From NCBI GenBank assembly GCA_951406725.2, contig OX597818.1, forward strand, positions 19,840,001-19,904,000: a DNA stretch of 64,000 nucleotides. The letters are read 5' to 3'. Source of the stretch: Octopus vulgaris (Eukaryota). The notes under the pieces were generated by a model that saw nothing but the letters and a program-made list of their open reading frames with translations, did no database searches and was not told the DNA's origin. Of this stretch, positions 12,120-25,559 are shown one piece after another. Position 1 is the stretch's first letter. Every line of letters begins with the position of its first letter. Both the position numbers and the translations under genes were made by a program.

Positions 12120-13253
12120 AGCACAGTGACCTTTAAGCAAAAATACTGAAAGTACAGTTGCTAGAATATAAACTGGCTGGAGAAAGTTCAGGGAGTTATT
12201 ACCTATGTGAATAATAGAGTGAAAGGTAGGTTGTATGATGCTTGTGTATGAATAGCAATGCTACATGATAGTGAAACATAGGCCAAGAATGCAGATGATA
12301 TGCAAAGACTAGAAAGAAAAGAATCTAGTATGCTCATCTGGATGGGCAATGACAGAGTGCATGTACCACAAGTGTTAATGTATTGAGAGAAAAATTAGGC
12401 ATGAGACGCATCAAATGTAGTGTGCATGAGAGAAAACTATGCTGGGATGGTCATTTGATGGATGGGGATGAGGACAGTTGCATAAAGAAGTGCTGATCAT
12501 TAAAAATTGATGGAACCTGAAGAAATAAGAGACTCAAGGAGACACGGACAAAATATTGAAGACCATTATCACATTGTTGAGCCACATGGAGGAGATGACA
12601 AAGGATTGAGATGATTCATGATTTGTTATGCTCAAGAAGATCTGTCCATCTCAACAAAGAATGAGGTCCTAAAAGCAAATTGCTTACTGACTCTGTATCC
12701 AGTTAATACATGCCAAGCTTTCTCCACCTCTCACTTTTCTAATACCCATCCCTCCATTACTCTGCTAACTACAACACTACTTATTCAGGTGTATTTATAA
12801 GTAAAATCATGGCCATATACAGGCACGTGCTTTATAGCCATGCTCTCCTCACACACATACACATACACACACATACACACACACGCGCATGCACGCACAC
12901 ACACACAGACATACACACACACAATCTGTCCTCTGTCAATTCAAAACTCCCCCAAAACCCATCATCTTAAAGCCCCACCATCCCACCACCCATGATCACC
13001 ACCTGCTTCAGGCACCTCCACTCCCTCTCTCACATACCTGTCCACACATTCTCCATGCCCTCAACTACCTACCATACCTACCCCAGCCACTCCAATTTTT
13101 CTCACCACCACTTACAGCATTCACCTCTTCCCCCATCTCTAAACATCTCCTTTAACACTCTTATGAAACATAACCCTCTATCCCCTCTGTACCACTTATA
13201 TACCCCACCACTGTTCCATGTCGATAGATCCCAATGCATCTCCAACACTATCA

Positions 13254-13295
<42 letters not shown>

Positions 13296-13705
13296 CACTT
13301 TCGCTTTCCCTCCCATCCTCTCTCACTGTCTCCCTGTCTTTCTTTTTAGCTCTATCTCTCCATTCTCTCCTTTCTTTTCCTACTTAGGTAGCCAAATATC
13401 TCCTCCACAGTAAGAGCCGTAGCATCGCTGTTCCTCTGTTTAACCTTTAACCTCTCATCAGGCACAAAGCTATTTCCCTCAGTACTGCTCCCTCTTCCAG
13501 CCAAGAGCTCTTTGTCTGCAACTTACTTGGTGACAGTACACTCTGTAAAGTGGTTGGCTTTAGGAAGGGCATCTAGCAATAGAAACCATGTCAAAGCAGT
13601 CAATGGAGGCTCCAGCTTGGCAGCTTCTATCAAACCAACCAACCCATTCCAGAATGGAAGACAGTCATTAAAGGATGATGATGATCTTGATGATCATGAT
13701 GATGA
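12120..13705 (+). mobile_element. Old degraded RTE 3' half with long pyrimidine-rich 3' region and (GAT)n tail
   Basis: Remnants of RVKGRLYDACV/AMLH.SET at ~12215-12290; tail aagtggttggctttaggaagggcatc...gatgatg at 13548-13705. Confidence 0.7.
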
Positions 13706-14383
13706 TACATATATACATATCTACCTACCTACCTACATATATACATACATACATACGTACATACGTACATATGTACATAAATACATACGTACATACATAC
13801 ACACATACATGTGTATATACATACGATGAGGTGTTGAAAAGCTCCTGGCTTTGACAAAAGAAAATACAAGAGGATCAGTTAATTATGATATTATTCAACA
13901 TATTCCCTTTTGAGATTCACACACTTATTGCAGTAGTTCTTATATTGTTGCTATTATGCAATTATATATATATATTAATATATAGATCAATAAATGGTGG
14001 GGTTGTGTTGACTGCACGTGGAGAAATGATAAGTAAGGAAAAATTTTTTTTAAAATGCAGAATGCTCAAATGAAAGAAAATTTTAATAAAATGAGAAAAT
14101 GATAAAATATATAAATATATATATTTATTCAACCGGTTTTCGTCAATGTATGACTTGTCAAGAATATTTATGTTTTAAGAAGTTTTTTTAAAAATTAGAA
14201 AGGGGAAAAAAAGAAAATTGCAATGTTTTTTGTAAAAGAATAATGATAAAAATGTACAAAAATTAAAAAATAAGTTCTCCGATACATTGTGAGTTCGTTG
14301 TGTATCTTGAGTTTTATGGTTGTTTACCAAAAAATTACCTTGAGGTGTTAAGATCCAAAGGGATTAAGAGCATGTGATGTGTT

Positions 14384-14496
<113 letters not shown>

Positions 14497-14789
14497 TGTC
14501 TGGACTCCTCTTCCTACTCCTCGACATGGCCATGCATACTTAAGCTAGTAACCTGCCTCACTCTTGATTCCGAACTCCTTTTGCCAAGTCTGTCCGTAAA
14601 CGAAGTGATCCCAAGATAAGAAATCTTTGAACTTTAATTCATCCGTATCTCTATTTATTATTATTATTTATTAATTATTATTATTCTGATCCCCCTAGTC
14701 GCCACTCTGTTTACTATTTCAGCCTCGCCTCGTTTTTGCATATTCTGTATAATTCACTAGTTATCGTTATAGATATTTAGGTTCTATCT

Positions 14790-15795
14790 CCCTTACAGGG
14801 CTGATTAGAAATTGGCTGCCGGTTCTTCGCGGCGCGCCCGCCCTACCCACCCCCACCACCAATACCGGATATCTCTATTTTGCTCCAACTATACTGGATG
14901 TCGTTTCTCCCACCATTATAGGTGTCTACTCTTTGAACCCCTCTCTTCAATACGCTATTTCACCATGCATTACCCCTCTCTCGATATCCTACGTTCTACT
15001 TGCCTAGAACCTGTCCTCTGAACCACCCCTCCCACTGGTGCTCCCCCATATTTCTGCACCCCCCACCACCATTATAGGTGTCTACTCTTTGAACCCCCCT
15101 CTTCAATACGCTATTTCACCATGCATTACCCCTCTCTCGATATCCTACGTTCTACTTGCCTAGAACCTGTCCTCTGAACCACCCCTCCCGCTGGTGCTCC
15201 CCTATATTTCTGCACCCCCACCACCACCATTATAGGTGTCTACTCTTTGAACCCCCTCTTCAATACGCTATTTCACCATTTCACCATGCATTACCCCTCT
15301 CTCAATATCCTACGTTCTACTTGCCTAGAACCTGTCCTCTGAACCACCCCTCCCACTGGTGCTCCCCTATATTTCTGCACCCCCCACCACCATTATAGGT
15401 GTCTACTCTTTGAACCCCCTCTTCAATACGCTATTTCACCATGCATTACCCCTCTCTCGATATCCTACGTTCTACTTGCCTATTACCTGTCCTCTGAACC
15501 ACCCCTCCCACTGGTGCTCCCCTATATTTCTGCACCCCCCCATAAAAAAAAAAAGCACCATCCGAACGTGGCCGATGCCAGACCCCTCTGGCACCTGTGC
15601 AGGTGGCACGTAAAAAACACCCACTACACTCGCGGAGTGGTTGGCGTTAGGAAGGGCATCCAGCTGTAGAAACACTGCCAGACTAGACTGGAGCCTGGGG
15701 CAGTCCCGAGCTCTCCAGACCCCGGTCGAAACCGTCCAACCCGTGCTAGCGCGGAAAACGGACGTTAAACGATGATGATGATGATGATGATGATA
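14790..15795 (+). mobile_element. Non-autonomous RTE derivative: 5'-UTR segment, 4 x ~155-160-bp tandem unit, then RTE 3' tail
   Basis: gcgcccgccctacccacccccaccaccaataccggata matches the RTE 5' UTRs (reverse complements of ~30230-30250 and ~35390-35430). Units start at ~14910, 15066, 15224 and 15387; canonical tail at 15545-15795. Confidence 0.8.
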
Positions 15796-15810
15796 TATAT
15801 ATATATATAT

Positions 15811-16055
15811 ATCGTTGCTATAATGAAAAAGTGTTGGAAGTTCAAAATGTTGCTTTTTCAGAAAACGAAAAAAATAGTTTCACCATTCCATAGCAAAACC
15901 GTTGAACTACACTTTGACAATTTTTGATATCTAGGCATCTGAAGCAGCTGGAGATATGATAATTTGACCAAAAGAAAACCGGCTATTGCAAGCAAAAATA
16001 AATATTGAAAAAACCGCATTTGGCCAAATTTGGACATACGACATAATAGCAACTA
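15811..16055. mobile_element. MITE with ~15-bp TIRs inserted in (TA)n
   Basis: Left atcgttgctataatg; right cataatagcaactat (rc atagttgctattatg). Confidence 0.6.
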
Positions 16056-16069
16056 TATATATAGATAGA

Positions 16070-16225
16070 TAGGCACAGGAGTTGCTGTGTGGTAGGAAGC
16101 TTGCTTCCCAACCACATGGTTCTGGGATCAGTCCCACTGCATGGGTAAGTATTTTCTACTATACTCTCAGGCTGACCAAGGCCTTATGAGTAGATTTGGT
16201 AGAAGAAAACTGAAAGAAGCATGAT
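16070..16225 (+). mobile_element. tRNA-derived SINE (family 3); further copies at ~39967-40290 (+) and ~43500-43620 (-)
   Basis: ggagtggctgtgtggtaa...ccacatggttccgggttcagtcccactgcg...gatttggtagacggaaactgaaagaagc consensus in all copies. Confidence 0.8.
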
Positions 16226-16232
16226 GTATATA

Positions 16233-16264
<32 letters not shown>

Positions 16265-16308
16265 AGTATGTATTTGTAGGTCTGCATTTGTCCCCCTTCT
16301 ATCGCTCA

Positions 16309-16348
<40 letters not shown>

Positions 16349-16493
16349 CACATTAAGTACAGGACATCACCAACAAGTGAAAAATACATAAACACATGAC
16401 AGATAAATACAGGACAAAATACCAAGAGAAGATAACTTGCTCGTCAGTTGTCGACTGTTTTACTACTCCCTATTACAGGCAGACACACAGATT

Positions 16494-16579
<86 letters not shown>

Positions 16580-16632
16580 CAGATGTACATTATAAATTTA
16601 TTCTTGACAATGATAAAATATACTGTCCTCAC

Positions 16633-16812
16633 CAGATTCTATTTCATCTTCCTTTCTCGCTGACACTTTCCGCCAAATGCAGGCAAGTATGACTGCTAAG
16701 AGACAAATTGAAGATATGGCAGCAATAATAATGATGATGATATCTTCTTCTGGCAAAACTTTATCTCCATGATATGGTGTTGTTTCCACATAAGTCACAG
16801 TTGTATGTTCAG
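16633..16812 (-). CDS. Transmembrane exon of single-pass membrane protein B (Thr-rich stalk + TM helix + basic stop-transfer)
   Basis: Poly-T cag acceptor, gtgagg donor, 180 nt phase 1/1: EHTTVTYVETTPYHGDKVLPEED-IIIIIIAAISSICLLAVILACIW-RKVSARKEDEIES. Confidence 0.85.
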
Positions 16813-16873
16813 CTGAAAAAAAAAAAAAATTTTATCATGTTAATCTATATGTGTGTGTGTGAGTGTAAGTATT

Positions 16874-16946
<73 letters not shown>

Positions 16947-17039
16947 TAGTATATTTGAATGCATTAAAGCATATAGATACATACATACACTTGTATAAAC
17001 ACATACATTTGTATGTGTTTGTGTATACATACACATATA

Positions 17040-17965
17040 CAGGGTGCAATGGGTAAATTGTTGCCATTTTATATTTTTAATTGGTCAACTATATAGTATA
17101 GTAGGGTCAGTTGGACACCAACTGTGAGAAAAACAGCACCATGATTCAATTCACTCCGCCAGGAACTTGGAAACGGCATGCTGTACTGCTTGACATTCAT
17201 GCCAGAAGCTCCAATATGAACATTTCAGAGTATTTGGGTGTCAATCTGAGGACAGTGCAGAGGATTTGGGAAGAATTGGATGAGTCTAATGGTGATTACA
17301 AAGGTACAGCAGCTCAGAAAACTTACTCTGATTGTTCTGATACGAAAAGAACTCCTGAATTTGTTGGTGAGATCCATGCCATGATTAACAATGATCCCTC
17401 CAAGTCAATCAGGTCCATCGCCAGAGACATAGGAGTGTCTGAGTTTCTTATCAGGCAGGTAGTGCATGAAGACATTCGGTATTCCTCATACAAGATGAAA
17501 AAGGGCAAATTTTTATCCCAAGAGATCAAGGACAAGAGGAAAGACCATGCTAAGAACAAACACAAGCATCACTTCCAACTGAACATGCTTTGGTTTTTCT
17601 CAGATAAGAAAAATTTCTGCTAGGATCAAATGGTGAACACACAGAACAACTGTTGGCTTGCTGTGCCCCCAAAACATGTACCAAGAGTGATAAAAATCAA
17701 GCATCCACTCAACATCATGGTGTTTGGAGTGACCAGTAGTGATGGTGACGTTATGCCTCCATTCATCTTCCCACATGGCCTCAGACTTAACACAAAGGCC
17801 TACATCAAGTACCTGGAGGAGGTAGTGCTGCTGTGGGTCAAGAGGGTGGCTGCTGGAAGATCTTATGTCTAGCTACAGGACTCTGCACCATGCCACACAA
17901 ACAGGAGAACCCAGTCATGGCTGTCAGACAATTTCTGCAACCACACCACCCCTAACATCTGGCTA
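17040..17965 (+). mobile_element. Degenerate Tc1/mariner-superfamily transposon (maT/DD37D-like)
   Basis: TA + cagggtgcaatgggtaaatt terminus; HTH NDPSKSIRSIARDIGVS; WFFSDKKNF, IMVFGV, QDSAPCH motifs; internal stops. Confidence 0.85.
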
Positions 17966-18411
17966 CTGCTGGATTAACCCATTAAGCAAAATAAGCATGT
18001 GCTAAGGCATCAAGGATGGTGGGGTGGGGACCACAGAAATGAAAATAGTTTACGGCATGAAAGAAAGCACTTTAAACTTGCTAAAATAATATTCATAATG
18101 CCTTATCTCTACTAAGTATAGAAGCAGAAGTTTTACGTAAAATTAATTTTATAATTGAACACTTTACAATTAGAAAAAAAAAAGGAGAAAACTTTACAAA
18201 CATAAATAAAATGGAAGCATACAAGAATAAACATTATTTTCCATCTTACTGTAAATTTTGCTTCATTTTGAAAAATAAAAATTTATTTTATGGTTTATTA
18301 TCGTTTACATTTTGAATTATTTTTGTTTACATTTTGAACTATTTACATATACTTGAGAGCACCCAAACCATTTAAGTGCTTAGTACCTCTATGGGTCTTA
18401 ATCCAGCCCTG
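17966..18411. mobile_element. hAT-like MITE
   Basis: Termini gctggattaa ... ttaatccagccctg (CAGGGCTGGATTAA-type TIR). Confidence 0.5.
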
Positions 18412-18928
18412 TGGATGATGTCATAAAAAAGTGCACCCCAGATGTTCTGTAAAGTGGCTGGTATAAGAAAAGACATAGCAACAGATGAAATACCGCTAAG
18501 CATTTCGCTCAGCATGCTAACGTTTCTGCCAGCTTGCCGCCTTTGAGCTTGACTTCTACGACTGTGTGCATGGATGTATGTGTGTGAGTGGGTGGGTGTG
18601 AGTGGTTGTAGAATGATCTATTACACATTAAGATCATCATACATGCGCACACACAGAAAATACACATCACCTTTACTTCTGTAACATCTACTGTCTTTTT
18701 TTTATCTCATGATGGAGGATGGTGGGGTGGGGGTAGTTGAGGAGTGGTGGTGTTGGTGGTGGTGGTGATGGTGGTGGTGGTGGTGGTGGTGGCGGTGGTG
18801 GCGGTGGCGGTGGTGGTGGTGGTGGTGGTGGTGGTGGAGGAGTGGTGATGATGATTATGATCATGATGATAGGGGTTGTGGTGGCAGTGGTGGGTGAGGT
18901 AATAATGATGACAAGATGGTGATGAGGT

Positions 18929-18959
<31 letters not shown>

Positions 18960-19198
18960 AATGGCAATGATAATTATGGAAGGAATCTGTGTCAGAAAAT
19001 TCACTTTGTCCACCTGACACGAGAGTCAAACTCATAAATGTTGCCAGGTGAGTAATTTCTTAATTGCAAAAACTGTTTCTGTTTCTCAGAACCGGACACG
19101 TGAGGTCACTGACAGAAGTATTTTCACGTGTTCTTCAGTGTGAGAAAAAAACAGTTCAGGTTTTATCTACTGTTATGGGAACAGCATTTTCTGCTTAC

Positions 19199-19221
19199 AA
19201 ATGATAAAACATCTTGTTGCA
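19199..19221 (-). CDS. Tentative 23-nt micro-exon (phase 2 to 1; G-ATRCFII) bridging exon 21086-21152 and the TM exon
   Basis: tcatctag acceptor and gtaagc donor restore the frame, but the pyrimidine tract is weak and this may be chance. Confidence 0.3.
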
Positions 19222-19488
19222 CTAGATGACAATCAATATATATATTTAGTCACCAAACATGTTAAAATAGTTTTATAGGTAGATCAGCCTGGGATTTTTT
19301 GTTGAAATCAAGCAAGTTTCCCAGCTACGTTGCTCAGGTTATCTTTTACATTTCTTTATAAATTCACCATCGATGTGTATATGTGTGTGTGTGTATTGTC
19401 ACTTTAATATTCTTTTACTGATTTTAATCATTGGACTGTGTCCAGTAAGTAAGACAGTATTTAGAAAAACAATGTTTATATTCAAGAA

Positions 19489-19536
<48 letters not shown>

Positions 19537-19778
19537 CAGGTTTTGGCCAAAAGTCACCTGTCAGTAAATCAAAACCAATCAATTCTAAGATTAAAACAAA
19601 AAATTATTTTATATGAGACTTCGCTAATAAATAGACAAATGCTGGGGAAAAAATGGTGATTTTTCACTCACAGCATTCACTTATTAAGCGTTCATAATTG
19701 GAATAAATAAATAAAATTGAATATTAAGTATTTATGAGATTTTTATATTTACTGTCAGGTGACTTTTGGTCAACCCCA
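19537..19778. mobile_element. Tc1/mariner-type MITE with ~33-bp TIRs and TA flanks
   Basis: caggttttggccaaaagtcacctgtcagtaaat ... atttactgtcaggtgacttttggtcaacccca. Confidence 0.8.
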
Positions 19779-19823
19779 TATATATATATATATCATCATC
19801 ATCATCGTCGTCATTGTTTAATG

Positions 19824-19858
<35 letters not shown>

Positions 19859-19966
19859 CCTGCTCGCTTAGCCAGCAGGGTGGCGTCATTCGAAGGCTAA
19901 AACAATGCGAATGCATTGTGACCAGCGATGTGTAACAACATCTGATGGTCTGGTCGGTCACATGAT

Positions 19967-20037
<71 letters not shown>

Positions 20038-20462
20038 TAGGTATGTGTGTATGTATATGTGTATGTATATGTATATAAGATATGAATGGGATTAAAATCC
20101 AAGCCGTGTCCACATAAAGCACTTCTACAAACCTTAGCTATCAATTGTATAAATGTACTCTAAGAAAAAATTGGCCATACATTTGAAATTCCCAGTCAAG
20201 TGTATTAGTCATAGAGTAAGGATATATTAAAACAAAACGTGGAATTTATGACATTATTTTAAATTCTGTATTTACAATTGTTGCAACAGAACATGAGAAA
20301 TACATTTCATGTGCATAAATATTTATATTAATACAAATATAATGAATTCATAACATATATATTCTCTTTTTCTTTTTATTCTCTTAGTTGAATGTTCATG
20401 AAATGTATTCCCCATGTTGTATTGAAACAATTGAAACAAATACCAGAAATTCCTGTCTTATT

Positions 20463-20476
20463 ACATACATACATAC

Positions 20477-20507
<31 letters not shown>

Positions 20508-20604
20508 CATACATACATACATACATACATACATACATACATACATACATACATACATACATACATACATACATACATACATACATACATACATACATAC
20601 ATAC

Positions 20605-20635
<31 letters not shown>

Positions 20636-20645
20636 CATACATACA

Positions 20646-20675
<30 letters not shown>
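20463..20675. repeat. (CATA)n microsatellite, one of many (TA)n, (CA)n, (CATA)n, (GATA)n, (GAT)n and (GGT)n tracts
   Basis: Directly visible; these tracts explain most low-complexity ORFs in the track. Confidence 0.95.
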
Positions 20676-20679
<4 letters not shown>

Positions 20680-21085
20680 CACTGTTAACAATGCAGTACC
20701 CCTGCTCAGAATTTATTCTCTCAACTGATCTTAGTGTTAGATCTCTTGGTTGATGGGAGTTTGATCTCTCAGTTTATTCCCAAAATATTTCCAAATATTT
20801 GGGACTAGTTTGGATCCCTTATCAATGTAAACTGGTGCTCTTTGTTCAAATCCTGCCCACAAAGTTGAATCATACTCTACAAGCTAACAAGCTATTTGTT
20901 AATTTACTTATTTACAGCTTGGTGGAGTGGGTAGTATGAAAGTTAGATATCTTAGCCACAGACATAACACTAAGTTTACCAATCATTTAGTTGTCAAGTA
21001 TATTAAACATTTACTTCTATTGCTTATTAGATTGTGTTATATATATTGTGTTATAAAAGTAATTATCATAAATGGTTATACTCAC

Positions 21086-21152
21086 CCATCTTTATAAATA
21101 GTTTTGGTAAATCCAAAACCAGGAACCCAGGAAAGGATAACAGCTATTATTT
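21086..21152 (-). CDS. Candidate exon of protein B (E-IIAVILSWVPGFGFTKTIYKD-G), second half of a signal-peptide-like segment
   Basis: ttttaattcag acceptor, gtgagt donor; only the phase-1 frame is open. Confidence 0.55.
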
Positions 21153-21429
21153 CTGAATTAAAAATTGGTTTTAGAAAATACAAATATAATATAAATAAAT
21201 GCACTGAGTAATTAATTTCTTGATAAATCAAAATATTAATTTCTTTTTTTTTTCCTACAAAATGTCATTAAAAATGTCAAAAACTAATAAATATCTGAAA
21301 TTTGAAACTAAGTAATTCCCATTTGATGGATTTACATGGGTAGTTGACTATATACATTTGTGTATGCGTGCAGGTGTGTGTGTGTGTGCGTATATATATA
21401 TATATATATATCACATTTTAATATATATG

Positions 21430-21487
<58 letters not shown>

Positions 21488-21549
21488 ATGTATTGTATTA
21501 AAAGTTCAGCAAAAATTTAGATTCAGATGAATATGGTACTTATTGGTGC

Positions 21550-21596
<47 letters not shown>

Positions 21597-22066
21597 TATG
21601 CATTATGAACTTTCCTTTCATTAGATAATGGATGAGGGTTCAGCAATATCTTGCTGAATGAATTATCACACAGATGATTTGTTTATGGTGATCAACTGTT
21701 TGTGTTCACATAAGCTTACTTCCTCCATCAAATCAACATTACCTGGACAGTTGCACTAACTTCTGCTTTTCATGGTTAGAAGAGTCATCATGTCCTAACA
21801 GAGGTTTTATTCAGAGACATGCCCTCCCAGACTGATCAGTGGATCACATCTTGCTATAAATTTCTGGAAGGCAGCCAGAAATTTATAAAGTAACCATCTC
21901 TAAATATTGTATCATCATAGTTCAAGATAGAAAAAAAAATCAGAACACAAAAGATATTAAATAAAAATGTGCAAGGAGGCAATTTTAATATATTACCCTA
22001 TTTAAACTGTTTTAGTTAGATTAAATCTCATTTACATAAGCAAAGAATTCTGTTCTGTTCTTCCAA

Positions 22067-22830
22067 CTTAACCTGTTATGTGTTTATCACATGTTAAATG
22101 CAGGACATATTTCCCTAACATCTATGCATCATATGATACATATTCCCAAATTTTTTCAACCACTAAAGTAACTTGGAACTTATGAAAGGAAAGTAAGTTT
22201 TATGCTACTCAGAACATGACACAAAGGCTAACAAGTCTGAAAACAAATATGAAGGCTGTTTAGGACAAGCTTATGAAAATGCTTTGGATAAGCAAAGGGC
22301 TAACTTGCTGCAGAAGAATAAAACTATATTCACTCAGTTGTTATCTGAATAGTCTGTAAGAGTGATATAATAAATCTATTTGTGAACACCTTGACAGGAA
22401 GTAAGAAATAGTAGTGCAATAGAGATTACAAAGGCCTTAATATTAGTCAAATACATTTATAGTTAGTTTCAGCATAGTATAGCAATTTTCTTTCTTTGAT
22501 CTTTAAACGATGATTTTTATTTCTTTACTGCCCACAGGGAACTACACACAGAGGGGACAAACAAGGACAGACATGATGATGATTTTAAATGATGATTCTG
22601 ATATACTAAAGTGCTCTTGTTTTATTTCTTTAACCCTTTGCCTATCCTGTGTATCACATGTGAAACATGAGACATATTGCCCTGGCATCTATGTGTCATA
22701 TACAATATGCACTCTCATATTTTTTCAATCATCAGAATAACTTCAGACTTATGCAACAAAGTTTTGTTACTCAGAACATATGAAACAAGAGCTGACTAAA
22801 GATCTGGAAACAAGCATGAAAGTTTAGAGC
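22067..22830 (+). mobile_element. Two diverged direct copies of a piggyBac-like MITE (22067-22303, 22630-22830)
   Basis: Copy 2 begins ttaaccctttgcctatcc; copy 1 ends ggataagcaaagggctaa (its inverted counterpart); internal sequences align. Confidence 0.6.
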
Positions 22831-24396
22831 AACACACACGCACACTGATTCTGGTAATTGATTAATAATCAGTGTACATGATATTAAAAAGTATAAAAAA
22901 GATGGAGTAAAGTGACAATGGATGTGAAATAATTAGAAAGTTTGGAGATCATGTGCCATAAATTCCAAATATTCCTGAAAAGTATAATGTTCCTCTAAAG
23001 TCATTCTACAAGACATTCTGTGGAGTTAGCACCAAATTATTAAATACTTAATCTATCAATATTCTAGCTTATCCTCGCATCTTTCAATGTAACTCTATGG
23101 TTGCCTTATGAATATAAGGCAGAGTGTGCCATTTGGTCCCAAACCAGACTATAATACAGCTTACCTTATCTCACATTTCCTCAAATTTACACCTAACCAT
23201 CTTCAAAAGGAAGAGACACATTGGATAATGTAGTCCTAAATACACAATGCTTGGAAGAAAGACTGGATCATTGTGACCAGACTAATTTTGATAACTGGTC
23301 TGCACAGTTGGGGTTTCCTAAGGGCTAAACAGCAGGTAACCTTAGATGCCTATACTGCCACTGCATCAGTGGCCTGCTTAAACAGAATTGACCATGTTAA
23401 TGCTTAAACAGCATTAACAACAATATGAAATTATTTGTGGAACATTCCAATTGAAATTTATGTCAAGTTTAAATTTAAGTGACTTGACACAATTTTTTAA
23501 AAGAAGTTAGAAGAAAATATGCTCTGTTGGGATCAATTGCTATTAAAAGAAGGCGGCAAGCTGGCAGAATCATTAGCATGCTGGGTGAAATGCTTAGCGG
23601 TATTTCTTCTGTCTTTACTTTCTGAGTTCAAATTCCCCCAAGGTTGACTTTGCCTTTCATTCTTTTGGGGTCAATAAATTAAGTACCAGTTGCATACTGG
23701 GGGTCAATCTAATCAACTGGTCCCTCCCCTAAAATTTTGGGCCTTGTGCTTAGAGTAGAAAAGATTGCTATTAAAAGATATATAACTGTACAAATTTAAG
23801 ATTTTTTCCTAAATTTTAGCATGTAATTCTAATGTTTTAATTAAGTACTGCATTTTCTTAGTTGGAAAACTGTCATGGGTATTTTTTCTAATTATATTAA
23901 TGATGCAACAATCCAAAAATATTTGAGGTTTAGTTTTAAAAATTTGATAAACTCAAGTTTTTGTAATTCTTTCAAGGATAAATCTGATTTAGCTCCACTT
24001 GGCTTGCATTCCCTAGAAACCTTATATTAGGACAAGCTTTTTACTTGGTACCCCTTTGACTCAAGTTGTTGTGGAGGCCCACACAAAGTTAGTTTAAGGC
24101 AAGAAGCTCTGTTGGATATTTTTGTCTAAAGGTAAAAATATATATTCTAATAACCCACAATTTTATGATATATTATTATTTCATGGACCCTGAAAGTCTA
24201 AAGGTTGTTTTTTAAATATAGGGTCATTAAAATGTCTTTAGATCTGAACATCTTTAGTTCCAACTCTATCCTTATTAATTCATGACAACCAAAATTGAAA
24301 GTGAAATCTTGAAGATTAACATTATGTACAATCCTGTTAAGTTAAAAATTAACTGAAACAGATAATTAATGAAGCTTAATGTTTTAATGAACATAC

Positions 24397-24463
24397 CTAG
24401 AAAGATGAGTACCTGTATAAATCTACACAGTTGTTCTTAGTCTTCCAATGTTGCAGTCAGCAT
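24397..24463 (-). CDS. Candidate first coding segment of protein B (MLTATLED*EQLCRFIQVLIFL), with in-frame TAA at 24437-24439, inside exon 24397-24561
   Basis: atttttcag acceptor at 24562, gtatgt donor; joins exon 21086-21152 in frame to give a continuous hydrophobic stretch. Confidence 0.45.
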
Positions 24464-25559
24464 ATATTGATGAAAGAAGCAAATTCACCCAACCACTCAA
24501 TCATAGAGTCATTCAGGTCCTGAGTCCAACGACTATCATGAAATTGTTAAATATATAGCCTCTGAAAAATTGATAAATTATTCATCAGGAACTTTTAAAA
24601 CTTCTCTCTCTCTCTCTCTCTCTCTCATTCTCACACTTTTTCTGTCTTCAACTTCACTAATTAGGTTAAACATGTGACTGTAACTTTAGACCTGAAAACC
24701 TGACACCTTGGTCATGTGCTGACCAGAAGTTATTCTAGCTTATTCTATTGTTTATAATTCTCCTGGTTGTACTTTATTTCTATTATATCAAAAGCGATAA
24801 AAATATAACTGTGAGAATGAGGAAGTTTTCATTATCACAGTAAAACGATGACGTAAAAAAAAATTAATTAATGCCAAAATAAATAAATAACAATAATTGA
24901 AGGAAGAAAGAAAAATGTGTTAAAAATAGACTATCTGGGAATTATTTAATGAATAAAACAACATGAAGACATTGATCTCTAGCAAACACTTCAGTGTCGA
25001 TATTTTCTCTTTTTCCCCTCAGTAAACCCATAAAGACACACATAAAAATAATTGAAAATTTATTGTGTATTTTTCCAGCAAACTTGAACCTGATAATGGT
25101 TTTTTCACTAAGTTACAAATCTCTCATAATCCAACAAATAGGTTTCTATGTGGTCAGGCAACCAGCTTGAAATGACAGTCAAATCAACTTTCTCTCACAT
25201 ACAGCTGTTTTAGAAATTAGAGTGATGCCTTGAAAAATTTAATACTGAAATCATTGCCTTTGGATGAGGTGATCACAGCTAGATTACTTTTGATCAAAGT
25301 TGAGTTGGATTTAACTCTTTGGAATTACAACTGGTCATATCCATTCTAAATATTCTACCTGTTTTATTTTCAAACTAACCTGATCTGGCCTCTCACACCA
25401 ACCCTACAATGTCATTCTAAAGGTAAACAATCACATCATCAAAATCTCAATGAATAAACTGTCATCTAAATTATGCAAAAATGAAAATAACACTAATATC
25501 TCATTTTAACAGATATATTTACCAAAATTACATAAAAATATCTTGAAATACTAAAGAGT

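Noticed and set aside
18688-19035. Poly-His/poly-Pro ORF
   Set aside because: (GGT)n/(GAT)n simple repeat with no supporting splice or domain context.
20690-20880. Possible V-type Ig exon (DLTLRSVERINSEQGYC)
   Set aside because: Needs a frameshift, and part of it resembles a degraded SINE B-box region.
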